64,000 nucleotides of DNA from the human T2T-CHM13v2.0 reference genome, Homo sapiens: the NCBI RefSeq assembly GCF_009914755.1, contig NC_060928.1; one strand, 5' to 3'. Positions within the stretch are counted from its first letter, which is position 1, and every line of letters starts with the position of its first letter. Positions 1 through 13,500 of this stretch are shown one piece after another. The notes under the pieces were generated by a model, which was not told where the DNA came from, did no database searches, and saw only the letters and a list, made by a program, of their open reading frames with translations. The translations under genes were made by a program, and so were the position numbers.

Positions 1-1059
1 AATCTTTCTAATTGTTTGCAAAAGCAAACCATGTCTGGGGCAGCAAGTTTTGCCCATTGGGGATTCTCTTTTATAAGCTTTCTCCCTTGCCTTCCATCAC
101 AGCTTGGGTTTGTCAATTATTAGGAGGCATGGCATGAAGCAATGGTTCCCTGTGGTTCGTTAGGAAAGTGGGGCTTCATAATGGGAGAATAAGGCAAGAA
201 CTCTGCTGGTGACTCTGAAATCTGTGGAGATTCACTGTTGTGAGTTAGTGGTGTCAAATTTGGTTCTGTTGCTGTAGTGTTTGGCCACTTGGATTATTTG
301 TTTTATCTTTTGTTCTTGTACCTATATGTGGGATGTGTATTCGGTCAATGGAAAGGAGGCTGAAGAAGCAAGGTGAAAGAGGAAATAATTACTTCGGCTT
401 GGAAATATGTCAGAATCCCAAGATATTTGTTACTTGGGTTCATGTGAATGTGCTCCTTAGCTTCCTTTTTAGAAGTGAATCTTTGCTGTCATTTCATGAT
501 GATCAATATTTGCAGCCCCGCTCCCTGCAATCAAACATGGAAACTCAGATTAACATTCAAACTAACAATATTTAAACAGGAAATTTGAACTTGAGCTGTG
601 GATTACAGTCTTTACGGTTCAAACAAGACAGTTTACATAATCAGCTTTTGTAATATTTTTTGCCAGTGCCTGACATTTTCCCCTGGTTTTGGCCTTTTCA
701 GATTCAATGTGATGTTCTGAGCAAAAGCTATTACCATGTAAACAACTTCCCACCCACCCCCATTTCTTCATCTAAAACTTGTGCATGATGATTTGCTCCT
801 CAGTTCTCTAACCAGGAACTCAATGGCTGTGTCTACATTGATACAATGAAATGAATGGAGCCTCCCTGCAGTTCTGTGAGCCTGGGCTCCTTATGGCGTG
901 AAATCCCATGTCAGAGGTCAGAACTCTAACATCTCAGTTTTCCCTAAGAGCAAATTGCAATAAACCAAGTGGACCAAATTCAGTTGCTTGATTATCCAGT
1001 TTAGCTCTTCATTGTTTTATTCTTTCACATATACACTCATTCTTTTATTCTTGCTTTCA

Positions 1060-1460
1060 TACATTTTATAATGCAGTCGTATGTTTGTTCACCAGATATT
1101 CATTATACATGCGACAGAAATTGAATGGCACTTTACCAAGGAGCTGGCCAAGAGAGTAAAGTGGGAGAATCAGAGATAAATGAGACAAGATCTCTACCTT
1201 GAAGGAGCACACAATTTAACTGGAGAAAAGACATAAACCCAACTGGTAATAGTGTCATGTTTGACATGCTCTAATAGTGGTAGCAGTGATGTTACAGCTG
1301 TGAAAGAAAAAAAGTAGTTTATTTTAGCTTAACTGTTGGTAAAGATAGCTGGAAAAGGCTTCATGGAGGGGATGGACCATCAGCTTGGACTTAAAGATGA
1401 TTTAGGTTTGTCCAACAGACAAATGAGTGGTGGGGAATTTCAGTCAGAAGGGACAACTGG
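1060..1460 (-). mobile_element. L2 fragment (old)
   Basis: Degenerate L2 3'-end-like sequence (AAAAGGCTTCATGGAGGGGATGG...CTTGGACTTAAAGATG); boundaries approximate. Confidence 0.45.
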
Positions 1461-4400
1461 GCAAAGATTATGTTTTATAATAAAACATTCATTTATGGGT
1501 TTATAATTTTACAAGTCAAGATAACTCATGTTCTACTTAGTTTTTACTTAAATGATGCCTAGTAAATGGCTAGACTGATTATTTCAATAATCAACTGGTT
1601 GCCTAGGTACGTTGTAAACAGAGCCACAATGGAACCAAATGGTCTACTTCTGTCTACTTTTTAAATCTTGGATTCCCAGTGTAACTAAAAGTACAACTTA
1701 AGTTTTATGACTTGTAGACTTCTTATGCTACTTAGCATTCTCATTCTTCTGTAAGTTAATAATAGACTCTGCAAGTTTGGGTTTGCAATAGATTGGGATC
1801 CGTGTCAAAAATTAGCTTTAACATAATATGTTGCTTTACAGGTTTCACATTTGCATTGCTTCACAAATCAATGAAATATTGATGACTCCTAACACCATGC
1901 TTCAGGTGCTCTTCTGAATCCTTCCTGCACATCTTGAATTGCTTTCTAGACATCTCTCCAGAAATGTGCCACAGAAGTCACAAATGTCCAAAGCTAAACA
2001 ATGCATCTTCTTTTTTGAACCTGGTCTTTCTCTTTTCTGTCTTAAAGTAACCACCAGTAATACATAACAGATGCATCAGTTAGTATGACGTTCATTTCTT
2101 TTCACTTTGATCACATTAATGCTGTAGCTTTTGGTTTGGTCTGTCTACTTCTAGTCTGAATTCACTTTAAAAACCTGCAATGGATCACAATTATGAATAA
2201 TAGTAGTTGTTAATGGGTACCCAGGAAAGATAATTACAGGAAAGAAGGGAGAAAGAAGAAAGGAATGTGTGTGTATATAGGAAGAGAGGGCAGGTTTTTT
2301 CCATGATATAGCGAATTAGAAAATGTTAGGTGGAATCATGTTATATAGATTTCTTTCATCCAAGACTTGTCTGAGTTTTTAACATCTAGGGAGCATTTTG
2401 AATTTCCAGGGTAGTGGATTTAGTATTAACCATTTTCCAAACTTATTTGATTACAAAATGTATGCTTCTGAGGCAAGTTGATTAATATCTTGTGGGACAC
2501 TGGTGTTTAAGAAAAGCTGTCACACCATACTGATTTCTTATCAAAGCATTTAGAGCTCTTTTCATATTGTTCCAATATTTGACTCCTTGGATATTGACAT
2601 TCAGAACTGCCAGTCAATTTGTGGTTTCATAAATACATTATCCCTTTTTTTCTTGTCTCTTTAATTCTCTTTCCTTTTGCCTGGGAAGTAGACTTCCACT
2701 GTGATTCCTGCTACTATATCCTCAAAAATATTTTTCTCAACTACTTGTTTGTGTCACATGTTGTCCACATTACTATGAAAAAACATAAAATGGCAACTGA
2801 TTTTTTTTCTAGAGTAATTATTTATTGTTCATCTTGTGTCTCCTCAAATGGTTAATGCAATACTTAGAACATTTTAGTGTAAATAGTGTAAATGATTGTA
2901 AAATCTATGGCAATTTTTCTCTGGATATAGCATATCACCTTGAGTGCAAGAAAATGCCACTGTATTCCTCAGGTATAGGAAACTTTTATTTGAACAATTC
3001 ATAAACTAGAGCATCCTCTAAATTAGCTTATCCTGCCCTGTGCATTTGAAGTCAGGGTAGAAGTTCCTTTACGAGGAGGAGAAGAAACTCCCACTAACAT
3101 CCCCTAAGACCAACTTCAGAAAAGGTAGATTTCTGTGTGGCTGGGAAACATTTGTGACTTCTTGACTTTCATTTTGCATTATTACCTACTCCAAAAAATC
3201 AGAGCCAACCCAATTTTAATTTCTATTGCTGAGATCCTGGAGATAATTGATTTAAAAAAAAATTTAAAATCAAATAACCTCAGAAGTATTAAATATTGTT
3301 AATTTTGACTTTGAAAGTTACCACATCTGAAATTTTTTATCTCAAAGTTAAAAATAGGCAGGTGGCTGGCAAGACGGCCGAATAGGGACAGCTCCAGTCT
3401 CCAGCTCCCAGCAAGATCAATGCAGAAGGTGGGTAATTTCTGCATTTCCAACTGAAGTACCTGGCTCATCTCATTGGGACTGGTTAGACAGTGAGTGCAG
3501 CCCACAGAAGGCAAGCCAAAGCAGGGTGGGGCATCACCTCACCTGGGAAGCACAAGGGGTCTGGGAACTCCTTCCCCTAGCCAAGGGAAGCCATGAGGAA
3601 CTGTACCATTAGGAATGATGCATTCTGGCCCAGATACTACACTTGTCCCATGGTCTTCACATCCCACAGACCAGGAGACTCCCTCGGGTGCCTATACCAC
3701 CAGGGCCCTGGGTTTCAAGCACAAAACTGGGGAGCCATTTGGTCAGACACTGAGCTAGCTGCAGGAGTTTTTTTTTTTATACCCCAGTGGCACCTGGAAT
3801 GCCAGGGAGACAGAATCATTCACTCCCCTGGAAGGGGGTGCTGAAACCAGGGAGTCAAGTGGCCTAGTGCAGCAGATCCAACACTCACGGAGACCAGCAA
3901 GCTAAGATCCACTGGCTTGAAGTTCTCACTGCCGGCACAGCAGTATGAAGTAGACCTGAAATGCTCGAGCTTGGTTGGGGGAGGGGTTTCCACCATTACT
4001 AAGGTTTGAGTAGGTGGTTTTCCCCTCAGAGTGTAAACAAAGCTGCTGGGAAGTTCAAACTGGGCAGAGCTCACCACAGATTAGCAAAGCTGCTGTAGCC
4101 AGACTGCCTCTCTAGATTCCTTCTCTCTGGGCAGGGCATCTCTGAAAGAAAGACAGCAGCTCCAGTCAGGGGCTTATAGATAAAACACCCATCTCCCTGG
4201 GACAGAGCACCTGGGGGAAGGGGTGGCTGTGGGCGCAGCTTCAGCTGACTTAAACGTTCCTGCCTGCCAGCTCTGAAGACAGTAGCAGATCTCCCAGCAC
4301 AGTGCTCGACCTCTGTTAAGGGACAGACTGTCTCCTCAAGTAGGTTCCTGACTCCCATGCTTCCAGACTGGGAGACACCTCCAAGCAGGGATCGACAGAC

Positions 4401-4713
4401 ACCTCATACAGGAGAGCTCCAGCTGGCATCTGGTGGGTGCCACTCTGGGATGAAGCTTCCAGAGGAAGGAACAGGCAGCAATCTTTGTTGTTCTGCAGGC
4501 TTCGCTGGATATGCCTATGATACCCAGGCAAACAGGGTCTGGAGTGGACCTCCTGCAAACTCCAGCAGACCTGCAGCAGAGGGGACTGACTGTTAGAAGG
4601 AAAACTAACAAACAGAAAGGAATAGCATCAACATCAACAAAAAGGATGTCCACGCAAAAACCCCATCCAAAGGTCACCAACATCAAAGAACAAAGGCAGA
4701 TAAATCCATGAAG

Positions 4714-5684
4714 ATGAGGAAAAACCAGTGCGAAACGCCTGAAAATTCCAGAAACCAGAACACTTCTTCTCCACCAAAGGATCACAACTCCTTGCCAGAA
4801 AGGGAACAAAGCTGAACGGAGAATGAATTTGACGAATTGACAGAAGTAGGCTACAGAAGGTGGGTAATAACAAACTCCTCTGAGCTGAAGGATCATGTTC
4901 TAAACCAATGTGAGGAAGTTAAGAACCTTGAAAAAAGGTTAGAGGAATTGCTAACTAAAATAACCAGTTTAGAGAAGAACGTAAATGACCTGATGGAGCC
5001 AAAAAACACAGCATGAGAACTTTGTGAAGCATACACAAGTATCAATAGTCAAATGGATCAGGCAGAAGAAAGGATATCACAGATTGAAGATCAACTTAAT
5101 GAAATAAAGTGTAAAGACAAGATTAGAGAAAAAAGAATGAAAAGGAATGAACAAAGCCTACAAATAATATGGGACTATGTGAAAGACCAAACCTACATTT
5201 GATTGGTGTGCCTGAAAATGATGGGGAGAATGGAACCAAGTTGGCAAACACTCTTCAGGATATTATCCAGGAGAACTTCCCTAACCTAGCAAGACAGGCC
5301 ATCATTCAAATTCAGGAAATACAGAGAACATCACAAAGATGCTCCTCGAGAAGAGCAACCCCAAGACATGTAATTGTCAGGTTCACCAAGGCCAAAGGGA
5401 AGCCCATCAGACTAACAGCAGATCTCTCTGCAGAAACCCTACAAGCAAGAAGAGAGTGGAGGCCAATATTCAACATTCCTAAAGAAAAGAATTTTCATCC
5501 CAGAATTTCATATCCAGCCAAACTAAGCTTCATAAGTGAAGGAGAAATAAAAACCTTTACAGACAAGCAAATGCTGAGAAATTTTGTCACCAATAGGCCT
5601 GCCTTACAAGAGCTCCTGAAGGAAGTACTAAATATGGAAAAGAAAAACCGGTATCAGCCAATGCAAAAACAGACCATATTGTAA
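4714..5684 (+). pseudogene. Disrupted L1 ORF1p
   Basis: ORF 5169-5684 encodes RPNLHLIGVPE...FHPRISYPAKLSF; upstream stops and frameshifts; 18-codon internal deletion. Confidence 0.9.
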
Positions 5685-5747
5685 AGAGCATCGACAATAT
5701 GAAGAAACTGCATCAACTAACGGGCATAATAACCAGCTAGCATCATA

Positions 5748-8700
5748 AAGACAGGATCAAATTCACACATAGCAATATTAACCTTAAATGTAAATGGGCT
5801 AAATGCCCCAATTAAAAGACACAGGCTGGTAAATTGGATAAAGAGTCAAGATATATCGGTGTGCTGTATGTAGGAGACCCATCTCACATGCAAAGACACA
5901 CATAGGCTCAAAATAAAGGGATAGAAGAATATTTGCCAAGCAAATGGAAAGCAAAAAGAAGCAGGGGTTGCAATCCTAGTTTCTGAGGAAACAGACTTTA
6001 AACGAACAAAGATCAAAAAAGACAAAGAAGGCCATTACATAATGGTAAAGGGATCAACGCAACAAGAAGAGCTAACTATCCTAAATATATATGCAACCAA
6101 TACAGGAGCACCCAGATTCATACAGCAAGTCCTTAGAGACCTACAAAGAGACTTAGAATCCCATACAATAATAGTGGGAGACTTAACACCCCACTGTCAG
6201 TGTCAGTATTTGACAGGTCAACGAGACAGAAAATTAACAGATATTCAGGACTTGAACTGAGCTCTGGACCAAGTAGACCTAATAGACATCTACAGAACTC
6301 TCCACCCTAAATCAACAGAATATACATTCTTCTCAGCAACACATCACAATTATTCTAAAATTGACCACCTTATTGGAAGTAAAACACTCCTCAGCAAATG
6401 CAAAAGAATGGAAATCATAATAAACAGTCTCCCAGGCCACAGTGCTATTGCATTAGAACTCAGGATTAAGAAACTCACTCAAAACTGCACAACAACATGG
6501 AAACTGAACAACCTGCTCCTGAATGACTACTGGGTAAATAATGAAATTAAGACAGAAATAAAGAAGTTCTTTGAAACCAATGAGAACAAAGAGACAATGT
6601 ACCAGAATCTCTGGGACACAGCTAAAGCAGTGTTTAAGAGGGAAATTTGTAGCACTAAGTGCCCACAGGAGAAAGTGAGAAAGATCTAAATTCAACACCC
6701 TAACATCACAATGAAAAGAACTAGAGAAGCAAGGGCAAATAAATTCAAAAGCTGGCAGAAGACAAGAAAAAACTAAGATCAGAGCAGAACTGAAGGAGAT
6801 AGAGACACGGAAAGCCCTTCGAAAAAATCAGTGAATACAGGAGCTAGCTTTTGTTTTTTTAAAGAATAACAAAATAGATACACTGCAAGTGAGACTAATA
6901 AAGAAGAAAAGAGAAGAATCAAATACACACAATAAAAAATGATAAAGGGGATATCACCACTGATCCCACAGAAATACAGACTACCATCAGAGAATACTAA
7001 AAACACCTCTATGCAAATAAACTAGAAAATCTAGAATAAATGGATAAATTCTCGGACAAATACACCCTCCCAGGAGTAAGCTAGGAAGAAGCCGAATCCC
7101 CGAATAGACCAATAACAACTTCTGAAATTGAGGCAGTAATTAATAGCCTACCAACCAAAAAAAGCCCAGGACCACACAGATTCACAGCCGAATTATACCA
7201 GAGGTATAATTCCTTCTGAAACTTCTGAAACTATTCCAAACAATAGAAAAGGAGGGACTCCTCCCTAAGTCATTTTATGAGGCCAGCATCTTCCTGATAC
7301 CAAAACCTGGGAGAGACACAACAAAAAAAGAAAATTTCAGGCCAATAGCCCTGATGAACATAGATGCGAAAATCCTCAATAAGATACTGCCAAACCAAAT
7401 CCAGCAGCACATCAAAAAACTTATCCACCGTGACCAAGTCAGCTTCATCCCTGGGATGCAAGTCTGGCTCAACATATGCAAATCAATAAACGCAATCCAT
7501 CACATAAACAAAACCAATGACAAAAACCACATGATTATCTCAATAGATGCAGAAAAGGCCTTCTATAAAATTCAACACCCTTCATGCTACAAACTCTCAA
7601 TAAGCTAGGTATTGATGGAACATATCTCAAAATAATAAGAGCTATTTATGACAAACCCACAGCCAATATCATATTGAATGGGCAAAAGTTGGAACCATTC
7701 CCTTTGAAAACTGGCAGAAGACAAGGATGCTGTCTCTCACTACTCCTGTTCAACATAGTATTGGAAATTCAGGCCAGGGCAAACAAGCAAGAGAAAGAAA
7801 TAAAGTGTATTCAAATAGGAAGTCAAATTATTTCTGTTTGCAGATGACATGATTGTACGTTTAGAAAACCCCATCATGTCAGCCCAAAATCTCCTTATGC
7901 TGATAAGCAACTTCAGCAAAGCCTCAGGATACAAAATCAATGTGCAAAAATCACAAATATTCCTATACACCAATAACAGACAAATCATGAGTGAACTCCC
8001 ATTCACAATTTCAAAAGAGAATACCTAGGAATGCAACTTAGAATGGTTGTGAAGGACCTCTTCAAGTAGAACTACAAAGCACTGCTCATGTAAGCAGGAG
8101 AGGACACAAACAAATGGAAAAACATTCCATGTTCATGGATAGCAAGGATCAATATCTTGAAAATGCCCATACTGTCTAAAGTAATTTATAGATTCAATGC
8201 TATACCCATCAAGCTACCATTGACTTTCTTCACAGAATTAGAAAAAACTACTTTAAATTTCATATGGAACCAAAAAAGAGCCCGTATAGCCAAGACAATC
8301 CTAAGCAAAAAGCACAAAGCTGGAGGAATCATGCTACCTGATTTCAAACTATACTACAAGGCTACAGAAACCAAAATAGCATGGCACTGGTAAAAAAACA
8401 AAAAAAAACGAAAACAAAAAAACAAAACACAGATGTATAGAGCGATGGAACAGAACAGAGACCTCAGAAATAACTCCACACATCTACAACCATCTGATCT
8501 TTGACAAACCTGACAAAAACAAGCAATGGGGAAAGGATGCCCTATTTAATAAATGGTGTTAGGAAAACTGGCTAGCCATAGGCAGAAAACTGAAACTGGA
8601 CCCCTTCCTTACACCTTATACAAAAAATTAACTCAAGATTGATTAAAGACTTGAACTAAGACCTAAAACTATAAAAACCCTAGAAGAAAACCTAGGCAAT

Positions 8701-9533
8701 ACCATTCAGGACACAGGCATGGGCAAAGACTTCATGACTAAAACACCAAAAACAATGGCAACAAAAGCCAAAATTGACAAATGGGATCTAATTAAACTAA
8801 AGAGCTTCTGCACAGCAAAAGAAACTATCATCAGAGTGAACAGGCAGACTACAGAATGGGAGAAAAATTTTGAAATCTATCCATCTGACAAAGGGCTAAT
8901 ATCCAGAATCTACAAGGAACTTAAACAAATTTACAAGAATAAAAACAAACAACCCCATCAAAAAGTGGGCAAAAGATATGAACAGATACTTCTGAAAAGA
9001 AGACATTTATGTAGCCAACAAACATATGAAAAAAAGGTTGTCATCACTGGTGATTAGAGAAATGCAAATCAAAACCACAATGAGATACCATCTCAAGCAC
9101 GTTAGAATGGTGATCATTAAAAAGTCAGGAAAGAATAGATGCTAGAGAAAATGTGGAGAAATACGAATGCTTTTACGCTGTTGGTAGGAGTGTAAATTAG
9201 TTCAACCGTTGTGGAAGACAGTGTGGTGATTCCTGAAGGATCTAGAACAAGAAATAGCATTTGACCCTGCAATCCCATAACTGGGCATATGTCCAAAGGA
9301 TTATAAATCATTCTACTATAAAGACATATGCACAACCCAAATGTCTATCAGTGATAGACTAGATAAAGAAAATGTGGCACATATACACCATGAAATACTA
9401 TGCAGCCATTAAAAAGGATGAGTTCGTGTCCTTTGCAGGGACATGTATGAAGCTGGAAACCATCATTCTCAGCAAACTAACACAGGAACAGAAAATCAAA
9501 CACCTCGTGTTTTCACTCATAAGTGGGAGTTGA
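5748..9533 (+). pseudogene. Disrupted L1 ORF2p (endonuclease/reverse transcriptase)
   Basis: Start codon mutated ATG>AAG at 5748; fragments [40 protein letters not shown] codons near 7837, [11 protein letters not shown]; many stops. Confidence 0.9.
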
Positions 9534-11268
9534 ACAATGAGAACACATGGACACAGGGAGGGGAACATTGCACACCAGGGCCTGTTGGTAGGTTGGGGGC
9601 TAGGGGAAGGATAGCATTAGGAGAAATACTTAATGTAGATGATGGGGTGATGGGTGCAGCAAACCACCATGGCACATGTATACCTATGTAACAAACCTGC
9701 ACATTCTGCACATGTATCCCAGAACTTAATGTATAATTTAAAAAAAAGACAAAATGACAAGTTATATGTGGACAAGAATATTTTAAAACCACTTACATAT
9801 TCTGCAAAGGACTCATATCTAGAATAAAGAACTTTAAAAAAAAGTTAAAAATAATTCTTAGCATTAAATCATTAAAAAAAATAAACAACAATCTTCTAAG
9901 TCAACTTGTGCTTCTTAATTACTTCTGACTTTATGAGAGCCTTATCATTGACCCTATACTTTCCTGACTTTATTGAAGTCCAATCTTATATCTCAGCTCA
10001 AGAGGAATCAAGGAAAATTCCTCCTCCAGTCTGATTTGGCAAAGTTTCACTAAATGCATTTTCTGTTTTGTCAAAGGATCATTATCAATAAGCTATAAAG
10101 AAGTTCCTAGAAGAAAAATGGTTATTAATTTAATGTACTCTTAGTCACTTAGATGATGGGAATGTTTAGATGCAGATTCAATTATCAGATCTCTCACATT
10201 TTCAACAGTATTGGAATCAAGAAGAATGGCCCATTAATTACCTATATTGTCAGGGGAGTCACTTGGGAGACTTTGGAACAAAAGGAGTATTCATTAGTGG
10301 AAAAGAAAACGGATGGAGCTTGAGTACATCAGTTCCCTCTTTCATGCCAACTTTGAAAATGGCCTAGCTTCAGCTCATATCCATGCATTCCTATAATTGC
10401 AGAGGATTCAATAATGTGTTTGGAACACCAGGATGTGGCTTGGATTATTATGCACCAATTCAGTGTCTGTCTGCTTCAGGGCAACCGTTCTTGTGCTAGG
10501 AAAGATTGTCCAACCTGAAATTACTTTCTGATCCAATTTCTTTATAATTGGACCCAAACCCAAAGTCAATAGGGAGACAGAAAAAGTTGCGTCTTTTTGG
10601 CCTCTGCTACAGAGCTGTCACCCTTGGGTATACAGAGGCTTCTATGCAGCCATGGGTGCTTGCCTTGGCTTATGGTAAGTTTCCCATATTGATTAAGGAT
10701 AATCCTTCCAATGTATGGTTGTCTCTGGAATGGTTTCTGGAATACTGTGAGGTTCCTGAATTCGTAGAGCTCATACCCTGAGCTTTGATTCATGAAAATT
10801 ATTTAACGAGATCAAGATTTCTTATTCAACCAATCCTGCACTCATTTATGAATTTTTTTATTGAGCATTTCCAGTAAGTCAGGCACTGGGGCACAGCAAG
10901 TGCTCAGATATGCCACTAATTTCAGAACACTTAAAATATAGGAGGCAGATGCATGTCCATAACACTAGTGCAAAAACCTCAGTTTTCTTTGATACTGGCT
11001 AGTTGTGTTACTTAGTTTACAGATGACACAATTGAGGAACAGGCAACACAGCTAGCCAAGTACCAGGAAGTACTAAGATTTAAAATATGGTGACCTGATT
11101 TAAGAATGCAGGACCTTACCATGTCACAAACCTATTCTAGTTATTATATTCACAGAACTATATTGCAGAATAAATAAAATACCCATGTAAAGTCACATAG
11201 CACTTGCCATAAAAATGTTCACTAAATGTTATCTGACATGATTGTTATTTTCATTATTATTGTCCTAT

Positions 11269-11806
11269 TGTTGTGGCTTCTCCACTCTCATACTTTGGTA
11301 AGCAGGAGGGAGCGTTACAGCTCCTTTACTCCTGCTGCCCGCAGCTCAGCAAGCAGAAGTGTTACAGCTCTTTCACTCCAGCAGTTTGGCGAGTTCCGGG
11401 TTCTTGTCCTATGACCAAGAGTACTAAGGTATGTGGACACTGGAGAGGGGGTAAGACAGAGTAGAATTTATGGAGCCAAAGAAAAGCCCTTGACAGTGAG
11501 AAGGGACCCAAAAGTGGATAGCCATCTATGAGGCTGAGTCTGGGATTTTTATGGGCTTAGAATGGAGAATTTATGGGTAGGCTTGGAAAAGGCATCATTT
11601 GATTGGTTAAAAGGCATCATTCAGAAAGAACCAATCAAACGAGAGCGGACAAAACAGGGATGAAAGTTCTCACTGTAGTTCGTGGATTCTATCTGTAACT
11701 GGTAGCTCTGTTTTCAAGCTTTAGACTATCCTTGGCCTGAAGGTCAACTTTCACTAGGGATCCATCCCTATCTGCCTAGGAATCTGTCTGTCTGCCGTTG
11801 TTATCA
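11269..11806 (-). mobile_element. Solo ERV1 LTR (LTR27/MER52-like group)
   Basis: TG...CA termini; 4-bp TSD CTAT at 11265-11268 and 11807-11810; minus strand begins TGATAACAACGGCAGACAGACAGATTCCTAGGCAG; CCAAT boxes. Confidence 0.8.
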
Positions 11807-13249
11807 CTATTACCCCACTTAGTCACTGTTGGAAAAATGTAGTAGATAAACATGCTCTGTGCCTTACTGGCTGCAATCCAATCCTGACTTGGACACTGAA
11901 AGTGTGTGTGACCTTTAGTAGTATACTTAACTCCTTCATACCTCAGTTTTGTGTAAAATAAAAATTATACTGGTAGCTCTCAGTAGACAGTGGCAAGGGA
12001 GTAACGACATTTTCTATCTTGCTCTTTGCCATAACCTCAGCTCATAGACTACCTGCACAGAGCAGGAACTCAGTAAATATGTATTGAATGAGTAAATAAA
12101 TATCTGCTAGAATTATCCTAACGACTAAATGAGTTAACAAATATATAAAAGAGTTATGAATATATAAAGTGTTTGGGAAAATTCCTGGTATAATTAGGTC
12201 TATTCATGTTATTTTGGCTTTATTTCCATTTTATCATTAGTGTTGTTATTATTATCAAATGCCAATTCCCCCATGAAGCCTTCACTGATTACCTTAGCAG
12301 GACATGGTCTCTTTTTCCTCTGGACATGCAAAGGTATTTGACAGCTTCTTTCTTGAGCTGTACTTTTTTCACATTGTTTATCTTCTCCTAAAAATTTTGT
12401 GAGAACAGGCATTGCCATTCATCTTTTGGCAATGATGAAAAGTTAGCAGGCTGCTACTCTGCCAACTCAGTTTTCAAGTTTTGCTTAATTGTATTCCTAT
12501 GCTTTTGTACTAGTATTTTTGTTGTTATCGTTGTTTGCTTTCTTAAGTCAGCCATACAAAATCAGTAGAAAGAAAAATATCAAGTCAGATCTATGGTGTC
12601 ATGGGGTTTTCAGGGAAGACATTAAACACTGGCCCCAAACATTCTCCCTTCTTCTCAGACACTGCTTTCCTCCTTCAGGTAACCACTTAGTGGTGTCTGA
12701 TGAAGGAATAGGGGATGGATGGAAAATAGAATATGTTGACTTTCCTTGACTGTAATGACACAGCATGGATGTTGTAGTCTTTCCTGAAAGCAGAGACTGG
12801 ATAAAGGGAGGATGAAAAAGTGGCTTCTTAAGTAACAGCTTTCTGTAAATAGAGTTTTAGAGCCACATACAGAATTTTCAGATGGTAGAGGATGCAAAAA
12901 GACTCAAGACAGGTAAAGTCTCTGTGAGAGTTGTTCACATATGGGAGAGAGCTCATTGCCTTAGGATCAGATTGGGGTAAGGCATTCAGAACGTACTTTT
13001 TAGTACATGCCACTTGAAAATGAATATCTTAGTAAGCAATTCCTAGAGGAATGGTTCCACCAAGTGGTAGGTTGTTGTGGTGGAAAATGAAATAAAGCCT
13101 GTGTTTTGAAACCAAGCAGACTGCAGTTCTAAACCACGCTCTGCTGAATCACCTTGGAAAGGTTACCTGTACTTTCTAAGACTGCATCATCTTTTGTAGG
13201 AAGAAAATTGTGGATGTGGTTGTAGACGTTATTAGTTTGCCATGTTCTT

Positions 13250-13500
13250 TTGAGCACAGAAGACCAGAATTCTCAGCCCCTTTAGAGTTTGTCCAGGCCA
13301 TTTTAATGATTTCAGACAAAGGGCTATGAGCAGAAGTGACACAGATCGTTTCCAGCCTAAGGCAGTAAAAAGTCATTGCCAAATTCTTCAATCTCTCTTC
13401 CCTATTGGCAGCCTGAAGGAGGGCTTGTTTGGAGACGGCGAAGTCACAAGATGAAAGTATCCTGAGCACTAAATACTGCATGGAGGATAGTTGCCTCTGA
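13250..13500 (+). mobile_element. MLT1 (MaLR) LTR fragment
   Basis: GAGCAGAAGTGACAC...CACAAGATGAAAG...ACTGCATGGAGGATAGTTGCC resembles old MLT1I/J LTRs; boundaries approximate. Confidence 0.45.

Larger units (their letters stand above)
3357..9747 (+). mobile_element. Full-length LINE-1, L1PA7-like, inactive
   Basis: 5'UTR start GGCAGGTGGCTGGCAAGACGGCCGAATAGG; ORF1 and ORF2 remnants; 3'UTR GGGGGCTAGGGGAAGGATAGCATTAGGAGAAATAC...CCCAGAACTTAA plus A-tail; 13-bp TSD AAAGTTAAAAATA at 3344-3356 and 9841-9853. Confidence 0.95.
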
